Of a stretch of 64,000 nt of DNA, positions 19,850 through 29,373 are shown piece by piece. The translations under genes and the position numbers were made by a program. Under the pieces are notes generated by a model. The model had not been told where the DNA came from, searched no databases, and saw only the letters and a program-made list of their open reading frames with translations. This stretch comes from a virus (taxonomy: Duplodnaviria > Caudoviricetes). Each line of letters starts with the position of its first letter. The stretch's first letter is position 1. The stretch lies in IMG/VR virus record IMGVR_UViG_3300032007_000015; one strand, written 5' to 3'.

Positions 19850-22411
19850 TTACTTTTTTACTTTTATCTTTTCATTATTAAATTTAAGATTATCAAAATC
19901 TATAACATCAACTGGATATTGAGAAAACATATCATTATGCGTTATAATAAACATTTGTTCTCCTTTTATTATATCTATAAAATGTTCAATAACATCAATA
20001 AATTTCATTCGTTTTCCTAAATCCAAATTTGAGTCTGCTTCATCTAATAATGCTATATTATAATCTGTTAAGTTTTGGTATGATAATGCAAAACTTATTG
20101 CAATTGATAAGAAACTTGATTCTCCCTGTGATGCATATCTTATATCTGAAATCTCTATTCCTTTATTATAAAAAGGAATATTAAATTCACTTTCAGATAA
20201 TTCGAAATCTTTTATTTCTATATCACCACCATAAACAATATCTAACATTTCATTTGCTAATTCTTTAGTATCTGATAAATACATCTCAATATAATTAAGT
20301 GGTATACCACTTTTAGTCGAGTATGCATTTTTTAGCATTATTAAATCTTGATATATTGATTTTAACTTATTCAATTCTTTTATCATATTATTATACTGAA
20401 TTAAATTATAATTCATTTCATTGTATATTGATGTAAGTTTTTCTATATCTTTACTACATTCAGATGATAAATCATTATATTTTTTATACATAATTTTATT
20501 TTCAGATAATGATGATAAAATACTATCTATTTCGTCAATTCGCTTATCTATTTCTTCATGTTTTTCTGTTACTAATAAAATATCATTATAATAATCTAAT
20601 TTAGTATTTAAATCAGACATATCATATGTTAAAGAAGAAATTTCACTATTCATTTGATTTGATTTTTCTGTTAATTCAGAAACTTTATTTTTTTTATCAG
20701 ATATTTCTTCTTTTAAACTTACTGCTTTAGAAATAGCTTTATTTAACTTAAGTTTTTCTTCTAATTCATTTATAGACATTTGTAGTTTAATTTTATTATC
20801 ATATTCTGTCATATATGACATATATTCATTTATAATCTTATCATCATAAATAAATTCACATTCAGAAATTTTATTATATATAGAAGAAACTGTAAACATA
20901 TCACGAAGTTTATTTGGTAACTTATCTATTAACTCAGAATAATCTGAAAATGGTTTAATTATATTAATTATATTATTATAACATATTTCCACATAATTAT
21001 AAAATTCTTGGTCCTTCTTAACTTCATTCATTCCACGTTTAATTTCAAGTGGTAATAATAAATCAGTTAATACTTGTTTTAATACACAATTTTCGTCACA
21101 ATTGATTTTAACATTCTTATATTTATCTATTAATTTATCTAAATATGTTTTTTCATTATTAGGTTCATTTAATAAATAAGCTTTAACCATATACTTTTCA
21201 ATTGAACGTTTTGATTTGATTAATTCTATTGCTTCTTTAATTGGTTCCTTTCCAAATTCATAAGTTAATAATAACATCTTTTGTGAATTTTTAAGAAAAA
21301 CAACAAAACTATCAAATTCATCTTTACTTATTTCAGATGTAAAATTACCTAAATTATCTGTGATATTATTAACTCGTATTTTCATTTGTGAAATCTGTTT
21401 TTCTAAATCTTCTATAATGGATAAAGATGTATCTTTTTCTAATTCATTTTTTAATATAGATATATCTATATTTAATTTATCAATTTCATCCATATTATTA
21501 GTATACTTATCTTTAAGTATTTCAATCGATATTGTCATTTTTTGTAATTTATTAGTTATATCATTTATTATATTAATTAATTCATCTTTAGTTTTTAAAT
21601 CAGTTTTATTTTTATATTTCTCTGATTTATTAACCAAATTCCTATGTTCCTTGACAATTTCACTGGTGTCACCTATATTATTTATATTTTCACGCAAAAC
21701 TGCTAATTTGTCATTATATGAAGATAATTCAGTATTAAGATTAGAAATCTTATTTTTAATACTATTAATTTCATCTTCATATTTAGATGAATCTTCTATA
21801 TTTAATTTATTAAGTTTATCAGTTATATGACCAATTATATTTTTTAAATCACGTACATCATTATTTATCTTTGTATAACACTTTAAATATATATCAGTTT
21901 CATCTAATATTTTAGACATAAAATTTTTTCTCTCAGTTGATAGTTGTTTAATTAAGTTATTGACATTATCACCAAGTCTTAATAACTTTAGATAATCAAT
22001 ATCTAATCCTAAAAATTGTTTTACTAACTCTTTAAATGACGTAGTATTTCCATTTTCATTTAATTCTTTTCCATTTACCATAAAAAAAGATTTTACTGAA
22101 TGATTTTTATCTTTAACGGGAGTATATATATGATGAATGATAATCTCATTATCTGAATTATCTATTATTATAATTTTTTTATCTCCTATTTTATTCTCTA
22201 AAATTAAATTATGTCTATCTCTAACATCCAAACTTCCCAGAGTTGCAAATGGAGTTAGATAACTAAGAAGGCTGGTTTTTCCTTTTCCATTGTCTCCTTT
22301 TAATACACAAATTTTATGTTGTCTATTTGAAAAATCTATACAAATATAATTTGTATTTAATCCTGTTTTTATATTACTAAAATTTTCAAGTTCTATTTGT
22401 TTTATATACAT
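19850..22411 (-). CDS. sbcC: SbcC/Rad50-like SMC ATPase
   Basis: Walker A GDNGKGKT, long coiled coil with CxxxC, SQGE signature, LLDE, ITH. Confidence 0.9.
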   Translation of the reverse strand: MYIKQIELENFSNIKTGLNTNYICIDFSNRQHKICVLKGDNGKGKTSLLSYLTPFATLGSLDVRDRHNLILENKIGDKKIIIIDNSDNEIIIHHIYTPVKDKNHSVKSFFMVNGKELNENGNTTSFKELVKQFLGLDIDYLKLLRLGDNVNNLIKQLSTERKNFMSKILDETDIYLKCYTKINNDVRDLKNIIGHITDKLNKLNIEDSSKYEDEINSIKNKISNLNTELSSYNDKLAVLRENINNIGDTSEIVKEHRNLVNKSEKYKNKTDLKTKDELINIINDITNKLQKMTISIEILKDKYTNNMDEIDKLNIDISILKNELEKDTSLSIIEDLEKQISQMKIRVNNITDNLGNFTSEISKDEFDSFVVFLKNSQKMLLLTYEFGKEPIKEAIELIKSKRSIEKYMVKAYLLNEPNNEKTYLDKLIDKYKNVKINCDENCVLKQVLTDLLLPLEIKRGMNEVKKDQEFYNYVEICYNNIINIIKPFSDYSELIDKLPNKLRDMFTVSSIYNKISECEFIYDDKIINEYMSYMTEYDNKIKLQMSINELEEKLKLNKAISKAVSLKEEISDKKNKVSELTEKSNQMNSEISSLTYDMSDLNTKLDYYNDILLVTEKHEEIDKRIDEIDSILSSLSENKIMYKKYNDLSSECSKDIEKLTSIYNEMNYNLIQYNNMIKELNKLKSIYQDLIMLKNAYSTKSGIPLNYIEMYLSDTKELANEMLDIVYGGDIEIKDFELSESEFNIPFYNKGIEISDIRYASQGESSFLSIAISFALSYQNLTDYNIALLDEADSNLDLGKRMKFIDVIEHFIDIIKGEQMFIITHNDMFSQYPVDVIDFDNLKFNNEKIKVKK

Positions 22412-22501
22412 AAGAATATTTTTCCTTTCATATGTAGTTTTAAAAAAATGTGAAAATGAATATAAAAAAAGAAAAAAAATATTTTTAGGGGTTTACCCTG
22501 C

Positions 22502-22529
22502 GAGCAGTTTATAGACGTTGCTCAGGTCT
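22502..22529 (-). promoter_or_regulatory. Pseudoknot trailer type C, copy C2
   Basis: AGAC-CT-GAGCA-AC-GTCT-ATAAAC-TGCTC followed by a small AGGG..CCCT hairpin. Confidence 0.8.
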
Positions 22530-22552
22530 GCAATTTTTTAAGTAGCTGTCGA

Positions 22553-22696
22553 CTACTTTTTGATTGCCTTTGAGATGGTCAGCAAGGCACTGCCCACTGA
22601 CCATGCCACAAAGGCATCTTTTGCTTCGTCTTTTATAATGGCTTTGAAACCTGAGACGAAATTGCCAACGAGTTCTTTGTTTAATTTATTTTTCAT
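22553..22696 (-). CDS. 47-aa peptide with hydrophobic C-terminal half (not in the ORF track), bracketed by A2 and C2
   Basis: MKNKLNKELVGNFVSGFKAIIKDEAKDAFVAWSVGSALLTISKAIKK; AAAGGAAG SD. Confidence 0.75.
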   Translation of the reverse strand: MKNKLNKELVGNFVSGFKAIIKDEAKDAFVAWSVGSALLTISKAIKK

Positions 22697-22705
22697 GTTA
22701 ACTTC

Positions 22706-22828
22706 CTTTCCCAGTTAGACACATGAATTCTAACTGACGTGGTTTTATTTAGGATTACCACGGAACCTATTTATTATTTTATTCACAAAAATATTATATC
22801 AATATACACATAGAGTTTACGGATTTTA
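22706..22828 (-). repeat. Cassette head repeat, copy A2 (pseudoknot at 22738-22769)
   Basis: 123-nt exact match to 1-123. Confidence 0.95.
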
Positions 22829-22851
22829 CAAAAAAATTAGGGATAACCCTA

Positions 22852-22878
22852 GAGCAGTTTATAGTCTTGCTCAGGACC
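22852..22878 (-). promoter_or_regulatory. Pseudoknot trailer type C, copy C3
   Basis: GGTC-CT-GAGCA-A-GACT-ATAAAC-TGCTC followed by AGGGTTATCCCT. Confidence 0.8.
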
Positions 22879-22891
22879 TAGAATATCAGCA

Positions 22892-23140
22892 CTATCTAGA
22901 TTTTTTTAAAACCTTTTTTAATATTGATATAAATGTAAGTATTAGTGATACCATGAATATAATATCACATTCAACTCTTATATCGTGAAGAAACTTAATT
23001 CTCCACAATCCCTTATCATTATCATTTTTGCACATGTATTTCCATGTGTAAATTTTTTCTTTAATAGTAAGATGTTTACTATTAATGATTTTTTCTTTGA
23101 TACCTTCCATAATGATTTTTTCTTTACTATTCTTCATCAT
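22892..23140 (-). CDS. Small membrane protein, bracketed by B3 and C3
   Basis: C-terminal hydrophobic segment followed by a basic tail; SD. Confidence 0.7.
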   Translation of the reverse strand: MMKNSKEKIIMEGIKEKIINSKHLTIKEKIYTWKYMCKNDNDKGLWRIKFLHDIRVECDIIFMVSLILTFISILKKVLKKSR

Positions 23141-23157
23141 AATATTTTCCTTTCTAA

Positions 23158-23185
23158 TGCTCGGTTTTAAGTCATGAGCTGGACA
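23158..23185 (-). promoter_or_regulatory. Pseudoknot leader type B, copy B3
   Basis: GTC-CA-GCTCA-T-GAC-TTAAAACC-GAGC before the SD. Confidence 0.8.
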
Positions 23186-23259
23186 TTATTTATTTATTCA
23201 ATAGAATATTATATCAATATTTTTATATTTTATTTTTAATTTTATACTAACATATTATT

Positions 23260-23600
23260 AATCTGCGTTGGCTTTATGCTGATTAACTAAATGTACTCAT
23301 ACTTTACCTGTTTGACAAATTGACATAAACAGTAAAAAATTGCTATTTTTTAATGAAACTCCGTATAAAAAGTAATAACCCGTCCTAAAATAAAAATCAT
23401 ATATATATATATGATTTTTTGATATTATAATGAATGATATTGTCGTTCATTGCCAATGCAGATAATTAATGTTCATAGATAATTGACAGAGTGAAACAAA
23501 TATAAATAAGTTTTGTATGTATTGGTGAATATTATATTTGTTCTGTTCTAGTCTATGTTTAAATAAAGTGAGCTTAGTGATTTTTGTCACTAAGCTCACA
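23260..23600 (+). ncRNA. Candidate structured ncRNA (about 340 nt)
   Basis: AACA-N6-TA promoter at 23249-23260, 11-bp long-range stem, several hairpins, terminator at 23568-23599, no substantial ORF. Confidence 0.5.
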
Positions 23601-23604
23601 TTTT

Positions 23605-24663
23605 TTAACCTTTATCATATTCATTAATTTTATTTTCTATTAAATCTAGAAAATCAGAAAATGACATACTTATTTCGAAGTATCCGCAACTTTCTAAACT
23701 ATCTTTACGCATATTTTCAAACCCTTCTATATCATATTTTTCAAATACTAATAATATATTTTCTTTTTCTTTTTTAAATTCGTTTTTTATTAATCTATAT
23801 AATGAACCAGCATAAACTAAGTTTTTTTGTAAATATGAATCTGGATATAAATACATAAAACTTTGTATATAGAAATAACAATGAGCGAGACATCCAAGTA
23901 GTACTCTATAACAATATGTAGCATCTATTCTGTGTAATTTATATTCTCTAATATGTGGAAATGCAACAGAAACTATATAATCGTTTAAATTCTCTTCAAT
24001 AAAATTTCTTTGTTTATCTCTCTTCATAGTTGTTGAATCTGAGTGTTTATACCATCTATAAGTAAATATGTGAAGTCCTAAACAATTAAAATGTTTTAAT
24101 TCATATAATATACAGTCTGTAAGACAACTAAAATATATGTCTTCGTGAGATGGTAAATCTTTCATATATCTTATATTATATTTCTTTATAAAATTATCTA
24201 AATTATAAAAATTTCCATGTGTCCAACTTCTATTATAAATATGCTCTCTAATTAATGAATTATCACTAGGATTCAACTCTCTAAAATCAGTTACACATTC
24301 ATATTTTTCTCCTGAAGAAATTATAGCATTTTTAATTTTAATAAATACATCAGGTTCAAACATATCATCATGATCAACAAATGTAATCCAATAACCAGTA
24401 GCATTTTCAAGTCCACGTTGTCTTGTATTATTAGTTGAAAAATTATAATCTGTTTTTACTCTCTTTATAAATAATTTATTTTCAAATGGTTTAATTATAT
24501 TATCATATGATTTTGTTGAACAGTCATCAGAAATGACAACTTCAATATCATCAGAACAATTCTGATCAACTATTGATTGTAATAAGATACCTAAACGGTA
24601 ATCACTATTATAACAAGGAATTATAACTGTAAAAAAAGGTCGCTTATGTAATTTAAAACTCAT
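23605..24663 (-). CDS. Glycosyltransferase family 2
   Basis: VIIPCYN, DDCST, TFVDHDD, HED motifs. Confidence 0.9.
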   Translation of the reverse strand: MSFKLHKRPFFTVIIPCYNSDYRLGILLQSIVDQNCSDDIEVVISDDCSTKSYDNIIKPFENKLFIKRVKTDYNFSTNNTRQRGLENATGYWITFVDHDDMFEPDVFIKIKNAIISSGEKYECVTDFRELNPSDNSLIREHIYNRSWTHGNFYNLDNFIKKYNIRYMKDLPSHEDIYFSCLTDCILYELKHFNCLGLHIFTYRWYKHSDSTTMKRDKQRNFIEENLNDYIVSVAFPHIREYKLHRIDATYCYRVLLGCLAHCYFYIQSFMYLYPDSYLQKNLVYAGSLYRLIKNEFKKEKENILLVFEKYDIEGFENMRKDSLESCGYFEISMSFSDFLDLIENKINEYDKG

Positions 24664-24749
24664 AATATTTAATCCTCACTTTTTATATTTATTAAAAAAA
24701 TGTGAAAGGAATATAAAAAAAGAAAAAATAAATTTTAGGGATAACCCTA

Positions 24750-24776
24750 GAGCAGTTTATAGTCTTGCTCAGGACT
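24750..24776 (-). promoter_or_regulatory. Pseudoknot trailer type C, copy C4
   Basis: AGTC-CT-GAGCA-A-GACT-ATAAAC-TGCTC followed by AGGGTTATCCCT. Confidence 0.8.
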
Positions 24777-24793
24777 TGATATACTAAGCCTAT

Positions 24794-24973
24794 CTATTCT
24801 TCGGTTTCTTCATTTTCCTCCTCCTTTCTGCATTTTTTAGCAACAACTGCAATTGGTACAGCCATTGCAGTTGTTGCTAAAATGGAGAACCCGAAGAACT
24901 CTCCATCTAAATATGCTTTTTGTTTTCTCAGCTCAGCAATCTGAGCCAACTCGTTCATCATTTTTTTCTTCAT
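24794..24973 (-). CDS. 59-aa single-pass membrane peptide (not in the ORF track), bracketed by A3 and C4
   Basis: MKKKMMNELAQIAELRKQKAYLDGEFFGFSILATTAMAVPIAVVAKKCRKEEENEETEE; SD. Confidence 0.8.
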   Translation of the reverse strand: MKKKMMNELAQIAELRKQKAYLDGEFFGFSILATTAMAVPIAVVAKKCRKEEENEETEE

Positions 24974-24982
24974 GTTAACTTC

Positions 24983-25108
24983 CTTTCCCAGTTAGACACA
25001 TGAATTCTAACTGACGTGGTTTTATTTAGGATTACCACGGAACCTATTTAATTTTTTATTTTATTCACAAAAATATTATATCAATATATATATAGAGTTT
25101 ACGGATTT
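24983..25108 (-). repeat. Cassette head repeat, copy A3 (pseudoknot at 25015-25046)
   Basis: Near-identical to 1-123. Confidence 0.93.
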
Positions 25109-25156
25109 GTGACAACAAAAAAAGATTGGATAGATTAATCTATCCAATCTTTTATA

Positions 25157-26989
25157 TTATTTTACATCACCAACTTCCATCTCATCTAACATATTTTGCA
25201 CATCAGACTTTCTTTCAGGCCATTTAACGAATCTGAAAGCATATCTATTTTGTCTTACAGCTGCAAGGCAAAGCTCATCCGTAATATTGTCCTCATTTAC
25301 AAACTGAAGAGCTAATCCATCCTGTTTAACTGCAGCCATGCAGATATCATAAGATGGATTGCTAATATATTCAAGAACTCGCCCAACTCGACTTACAGCT
25401 TCTAAAAGTAATTCTTTTGTCCACTGTTTACAATCGAGGATTGCATATGGATCTATCTCAACCGCAGCAAGGCAAACATTTCTTGTTTGCTTTTCACTTG
25501 GAATCACTGTTAATACCTTAGGATTCCTTCTTACTGCTTCGATATAAATCTCTTCGCTTGGATCTGCCATATATTGAACAGAAAATGGATCCTGCTTAAC
25601 AGCAGTCATATACATCCAATATGTTGGATGTTTAATCTCTCCTATCATATAAGGAGAGCATTCCAACATTTCGATGTACATCTCTTCAGTCCTATATATT
25701 TCATCAACATATTGTAATGCTAATGGATCTGACTTAAATGCTTCCATCTGCATTTCATATGTTGGATGTTCAATATACTGAATAGCCATACCACTCTGTC
25801 TTATAGCTTCCATGCAGATTTCATCGGTTAGGTTTTTCACGTACTGTATATTAACCCCACGATGTCTTACTGCTGCAAGACAAATTTCCTCTGTCTGATA
25901 CTCTGCATCAATAAATTCTAATGCTGAAAAATCCTTAGGTCTTAATGCAGCTAAACAGATTTCCTTTGTCTTATTCTTAACAAACTGAAGCGCTAATCCT
26001 TGTTTCTTTACGGCATTCATGCACATTTTTTCTGTTTGGTATTCTGCTTCAACATATCGAAGTATAAATGGATTTTCTTCAACTGCTTCTTCATATAAAT
26101 CCTTATATACTTCATCAATGTTTTTTCGTCTTGACCATGTTGTAATATCTCCTTCCTTTATATGCTTTGGTATCACAACGTTTTTGATATACTCCATAGC
26201 ATATCCATCGCCACGTTCAACAGCATATAAACAAACAACAAAAGAAGGATCAATGATATAATTAATTGAGTATCCATTTTGTTTTACAGCTATTTCGCAT
26301 AGCTCTTCTGTTGGATTCTCAATATATTGTATTAATGTCCCACTTTTTGCGAGAATTTTCTTACATAATTCATACGAAGGATTTTTAATATACATAAAAA
26401 GATCATGATTTGGATAAGATAACACCGACATTATTTCATTTGGAAATTTCTCGTAAATATAATTTACAATGCTTGGATCTTTACGACATGCAAGATCCAT
26501 GAAATTTATATTCGGGTTATCTATTAATTTGATATTTTCAGGTTTCGATTCAATTGCAAGACGACATAAATATTCTGTCTTATTTTTAACGTACTTAAAA
26601 GCATCTGGATTCTGCTTTATTGCAAACATGCAGATTTTTTCAGTCTGTTCATCAATAAGACGAAGTACTGTTCCGTCCTGACGAACAGCTGTTAAATAAA
26701 TTTTACTACTTGGATTTTCAACATACTCTAATGCATATGCATTCTGTCTTACAGCTGCCGTACACATTCTAATGTTTTTGAATGACTTATCTACAAACTG
26801 AAGAGCCATTCCATTCTGTCTTATAGCTTCCATACAGATTTTCCTGTATTGCTCTTTTATATATTGCAAGGCTAAGCCATTCTGTCTTACAGCCGCAAGA
26901 CAAATTTCATAATCTGGATTTTCAATACTTGCTATTGCTAATCCATCTCTTGTTACTTTTTCATAATTATTCATAAATAAATTTTCCAT
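25157..26989 (-). CDS. DUF4116-like repeat protein (start MENLF)
   Basis: Many EICLAAVRQNGLALQYI-type repeats; SD after leader A4. Confidence 0.85.
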   Translation of the reverse strand: MENLFMNNYEKVTRDGLAIASIENPDYEICLAAVRQNGLALQYIKEQYRKICMEAIRQNGMALQFVDKSFKNIRMCTAAVRQNAYALEYVENPSSKIYLTAVRQDGTVLRLIDEQTEKICMFAIKQNPDAFKYVKNKTEYLCRLAIESKPENIKLIDNPNINFMDLACRKDPSIVNYIYEKFPNEIMSVLSYPNHDLFMYIKNPSYELCKKILAKSGTLIQYIENPTEELCEIAVKQNGYSINYIIDPSFVVCLYAVERGDGYAMEYIKNVVIPKHIKEGDITTWSRRKNIDEVYKDLYEEAVEENPFILRYVEAEYQTEKMCMNAVKKQGLALQFVKNKTKEICLAALRPKDFSALEFIDAEYQTEEICLAAVRHRGVNIQYVKNLTDEICMEAIRQSGMAIQYIEHPTYEMQMEAFKSDPLALQYVDEIYRTEEMYIEMLECSPYMIGEIKHPTYWMYMTAVKQDPFSVQYMADPSEEIYIEAVRRNPKVLTVIPSEKQTRNVCLAAVEIDPYAILDCKQWTKELLLEAVSRVGRVLEYISNPSYDICMAAVKQDGLALQFVNEDNITDELCLAAVRQNRYAFRFVKWPERKSDVQNMLDEMEVGDVK

Positions 26990-27058
26990 ATTAACTCCTT
27001 TCCCTGCTAGCATATGGAACTAACAGACATGGTTTTATTTAGGATTACCACGGAACCT
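26990..27058 (-). promoter_or_regulatory. Diverged type A leader, copy A4
   Basis: Same pseudoknot (27028-27058); second hairpin carries compensatory changes. Confidence 0.85.
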
Positions 27059-27217
27059 TTATAATTTTATTATTTTAAACAAAAAAATATTATATAACTA
27101 AATTAATATATTAAATATAAAAATATTAAAGTTTAAAATAAATTATATCATTTATTATAAGCTTATTCAGTATTCTATTCATAAAAAATATTTTTTGTAC
27201 TAGTGATTTCTTCTAAA

Positions 27218-27229
27218 AACAATAAATTA
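27218..27229 (+). promoter_or_regulatory. AR9-like late promoter AACA-N6-TA
   Basis: Same motif at 41057, 44287 (+) and 43208, 50382, 51824 (-), upstream of likely virion genes. Confidence 0.7.
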
Positions 27230-27267
27230 AATTATAACTTATTATAAAAAGAAGGAAGGTGTAATTC

Positions 27268-28137
27268 ATGAACAATTTTGATTCTTCAATGGGGCTTATG
27301 TATATAGCTGAGCAGACAACTCCAGATGATAATGAAATTAAAAATGTTGATGTAGTTAATAAAAATGGCGTATTCTTTGTACGTTTTGAATCATGTTTAC
27401 ATTCTTTTGATGTTATTAATAGAAACCAACGTCAATATCTTGGTGATAATATTTGGGAGTGTTTACAATCTGAAAGAATTCAATCTTATCTTCAAGATAA
27501 TGCATGGTATGGTGAAATGGACCATCCTACTCAAGAAACAGTTAATGATAAATTAACACCAGAAAGAATTCGAGCAATTTGGATGCCTAATCGTTCACAT
27601 AAGATTTTAAATCCTAGACGAAAAGATAATTTATTAATGGCAGATATTGAAACAGCATCTGGAACTGATGCTGGTACTGGTTTCGCTAAAGAAATTATCC
27701 AAGGATTAAAACCAGCATTTAGCTGTCGTGCTATAGCTGGATTAAAACTCATTGATAATAAACCTACAGTTATAGTTAAAAAGGTTATCACATATGATTG
27801 GGTATTATTCCCTTCTCATAAAGAAGCACATATTACATCTAAAGCAAAAGGTATCATTAAAAACATTGGAACATACACTGAAAGTGTTGTTGATGGTATT
27901 AAAAGAAAATCTAAAGATGTATTTATTCCGTTGAAAGAAATCCTTGAATATGTTGGTAACAGGGATGTAAATACTCAAATGATTATGGAATCATTTGATT
28001 TGTCTCAAGAAGATTTACTTGGATTTGATGATTCAATGAATCACGCAATTATTAAGAATGAAAATAATATTATTTATAGTAAGGTATCACCTGAAACTGT
28101 AAAAGAAGTAAAGTCATTCTTTAAATCTTTTGAATAA
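27268..28137 (+). CDS. Prohead (head maturation) protease
   Basis: NRNQRQY, GEMDHP, FSCRA, TYDWVLFPSH as in phiKZ gp175/T4 gp21-like proteases. Confidence 0.88.
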   Translation: MNNFDSSMGLMYIAEQTTPDDNEIKNVDVVNKNGVFFVRFESCLHSFDVINRNQRQYLGDNIWECLQSERIQSYLQDNAWYGEMDHPTQETVNDKLTPERIRAIWMPNRSHKILNPRRKDNLLMADIETASGTDAGTGFAKEIIQGLKPAFSCRAIAGLKLIDNKPTVIVKKVITYDWVLFPSHKEAHITSKAKGIIKNIGTYTESVVDGIKRKSKDVFIPLKEILEYVGNRDVNTQMIMESFDLSQEDLLGFDDSMNHAIIKNENNIIYSKVSPETVKEVKSFFKSFE

Positions 28138-28164
28138 TGGATTGTCAAGAAAGGTGGTGAATCT

Positions 28165-29334
28165 ATGAGTAATGAAATTATAGTAAATGAAGCATATTAT
28201 GGTAAATTACCAGAATTTATAGAAATTGAGAAACTTTTTGAAAGTATGTCAAACAAGATGAAGGTTGACCCTAAGAAATGCAATCCAAATAAATATCCAG
28301 AAAATAAAAAAGTTGAAAAGTTATTCTGTAAAGTGTTTGGATTTAAAAAAACTTATTTATACTGGGAACCTTTTAATCAAGCAAATGGATATACACTTTC
28401 ATTAAATTCTTTAATATTATTTTCAGATAAGAAAAATGCCATAATAAAACGTTCAGATACAGGGTTTTATGATGAAAGTGGAAAATCAATTTTAACTGTA
28501 TATTTATCTAATGGACTTATATTACGAGATGGATTAACGCCACCTGAATTGACTGCAACCATATTACATGAAATTGGACATAACTTTGATATATCTAAAT
28601 TTCATTTAATTGAATATATGATAGATGCTGTTAAAACATTAGGAACATCAGTTAAAGAATATGGTAAATTGGATATTGATAAAGTAAAAGAAGATTATTA
28701 TGATAAAACAAGTGATGAAAATGATTACTATTATAATCATTCTACTAAACGTGATCATTATAATAAAATAACAGATAAAAGATTAGCTAGTATGTATAAA
28801 ATAAATACTTGGTTGTCTGGGATACTTGCTATTCATACTATTAATTTTACTATAGCTTTTTCTCCTTTTTTACAATTTGCTAGATTAGGTAGTAAAAAGA
28901 GTGAAATATTTGCAGATAGTTTTGCATCAGCATATGGATATAGTGTTGATTTAATTTCAGCATTAAAGAAGTTAGATAAAGAAAAAGAATTATACTATAA
29001 ACCGAAAACAGGTTTTACAAGATTTCTATATGATTTAGATAATTTTAATACAGAAGTTTTTCTTGCATTTTCCGATTGTCACGGTATGAATCAAGAAAGA
29101 TGTAAGGATTGTTTAAAAAAATTAAATTGGGATTTAAACCATAATGATTTTCCTCCTGAATTAAAACAGGAGTTGATAAATAAAATAAATGAAACTAAAA
29201 AAATATATGATAGTTTCGTTGATAAATCAGAATATGATAGAATGCCAATTACAAGAGCTTGGCATATTATTGTAAAAACAATATTTGGTGGTAGAGTAGG
29301 ACTTGCTAAATTTTTTCCACGTCATCAGGTATAA
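28165..29334 (+). CDS. Zincin-like metallopeptidase-domain protein, probably virion-associated
   Basis: ATILHEIGH and EIFADSFASAYGY. Confidence 0.75.
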   Translation: MSNEIIVNEAYYGKLPEFIEIEKLFESMSNKMKVDPKKCNPNKYPENKKVEKLFCKVFGFKKTYLYWEPFNQANGYTLSLNSLILFSDKKNAIIKRSDTGFYDESGKSILTVYLSNGLILRDGLTPPELTATILHEIGHNFDISKFHLIEYMIDAVKTLGTSVKEYGKLDIDKVKEDYYDKTSDENDYYYNHSTKRDHYNKITDKRLASMYKINTWLSGILAIHTINFTIAFSPFLQFARLGSKKSEIFADSFASAYGYSVDLISALKKLDKEKELYYKPKTGFTRFLYDLDNFNTEVFLAFSDCHGMNQERCKDCLKKLNWDLNHNDFPPELKQELINKINETKKIYDSFVDKSEYDRMPITRAWHIIVKTIFGGRVGLAKFFPRHQV

Positions 29335-29373
29335 AAAAGAACAAGAATGGAAATCCCATTCTTGTTCTTTTAT

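Noticed and set aside
19310-25108. Integron attC sites or IS ends
   Set aside because: No GTTRRRY/RYYYAAC core pair, terminal inverted repeats or target duplications, and no integrase or transposase in the window; G-U-tolerant covariation fits RNA better.
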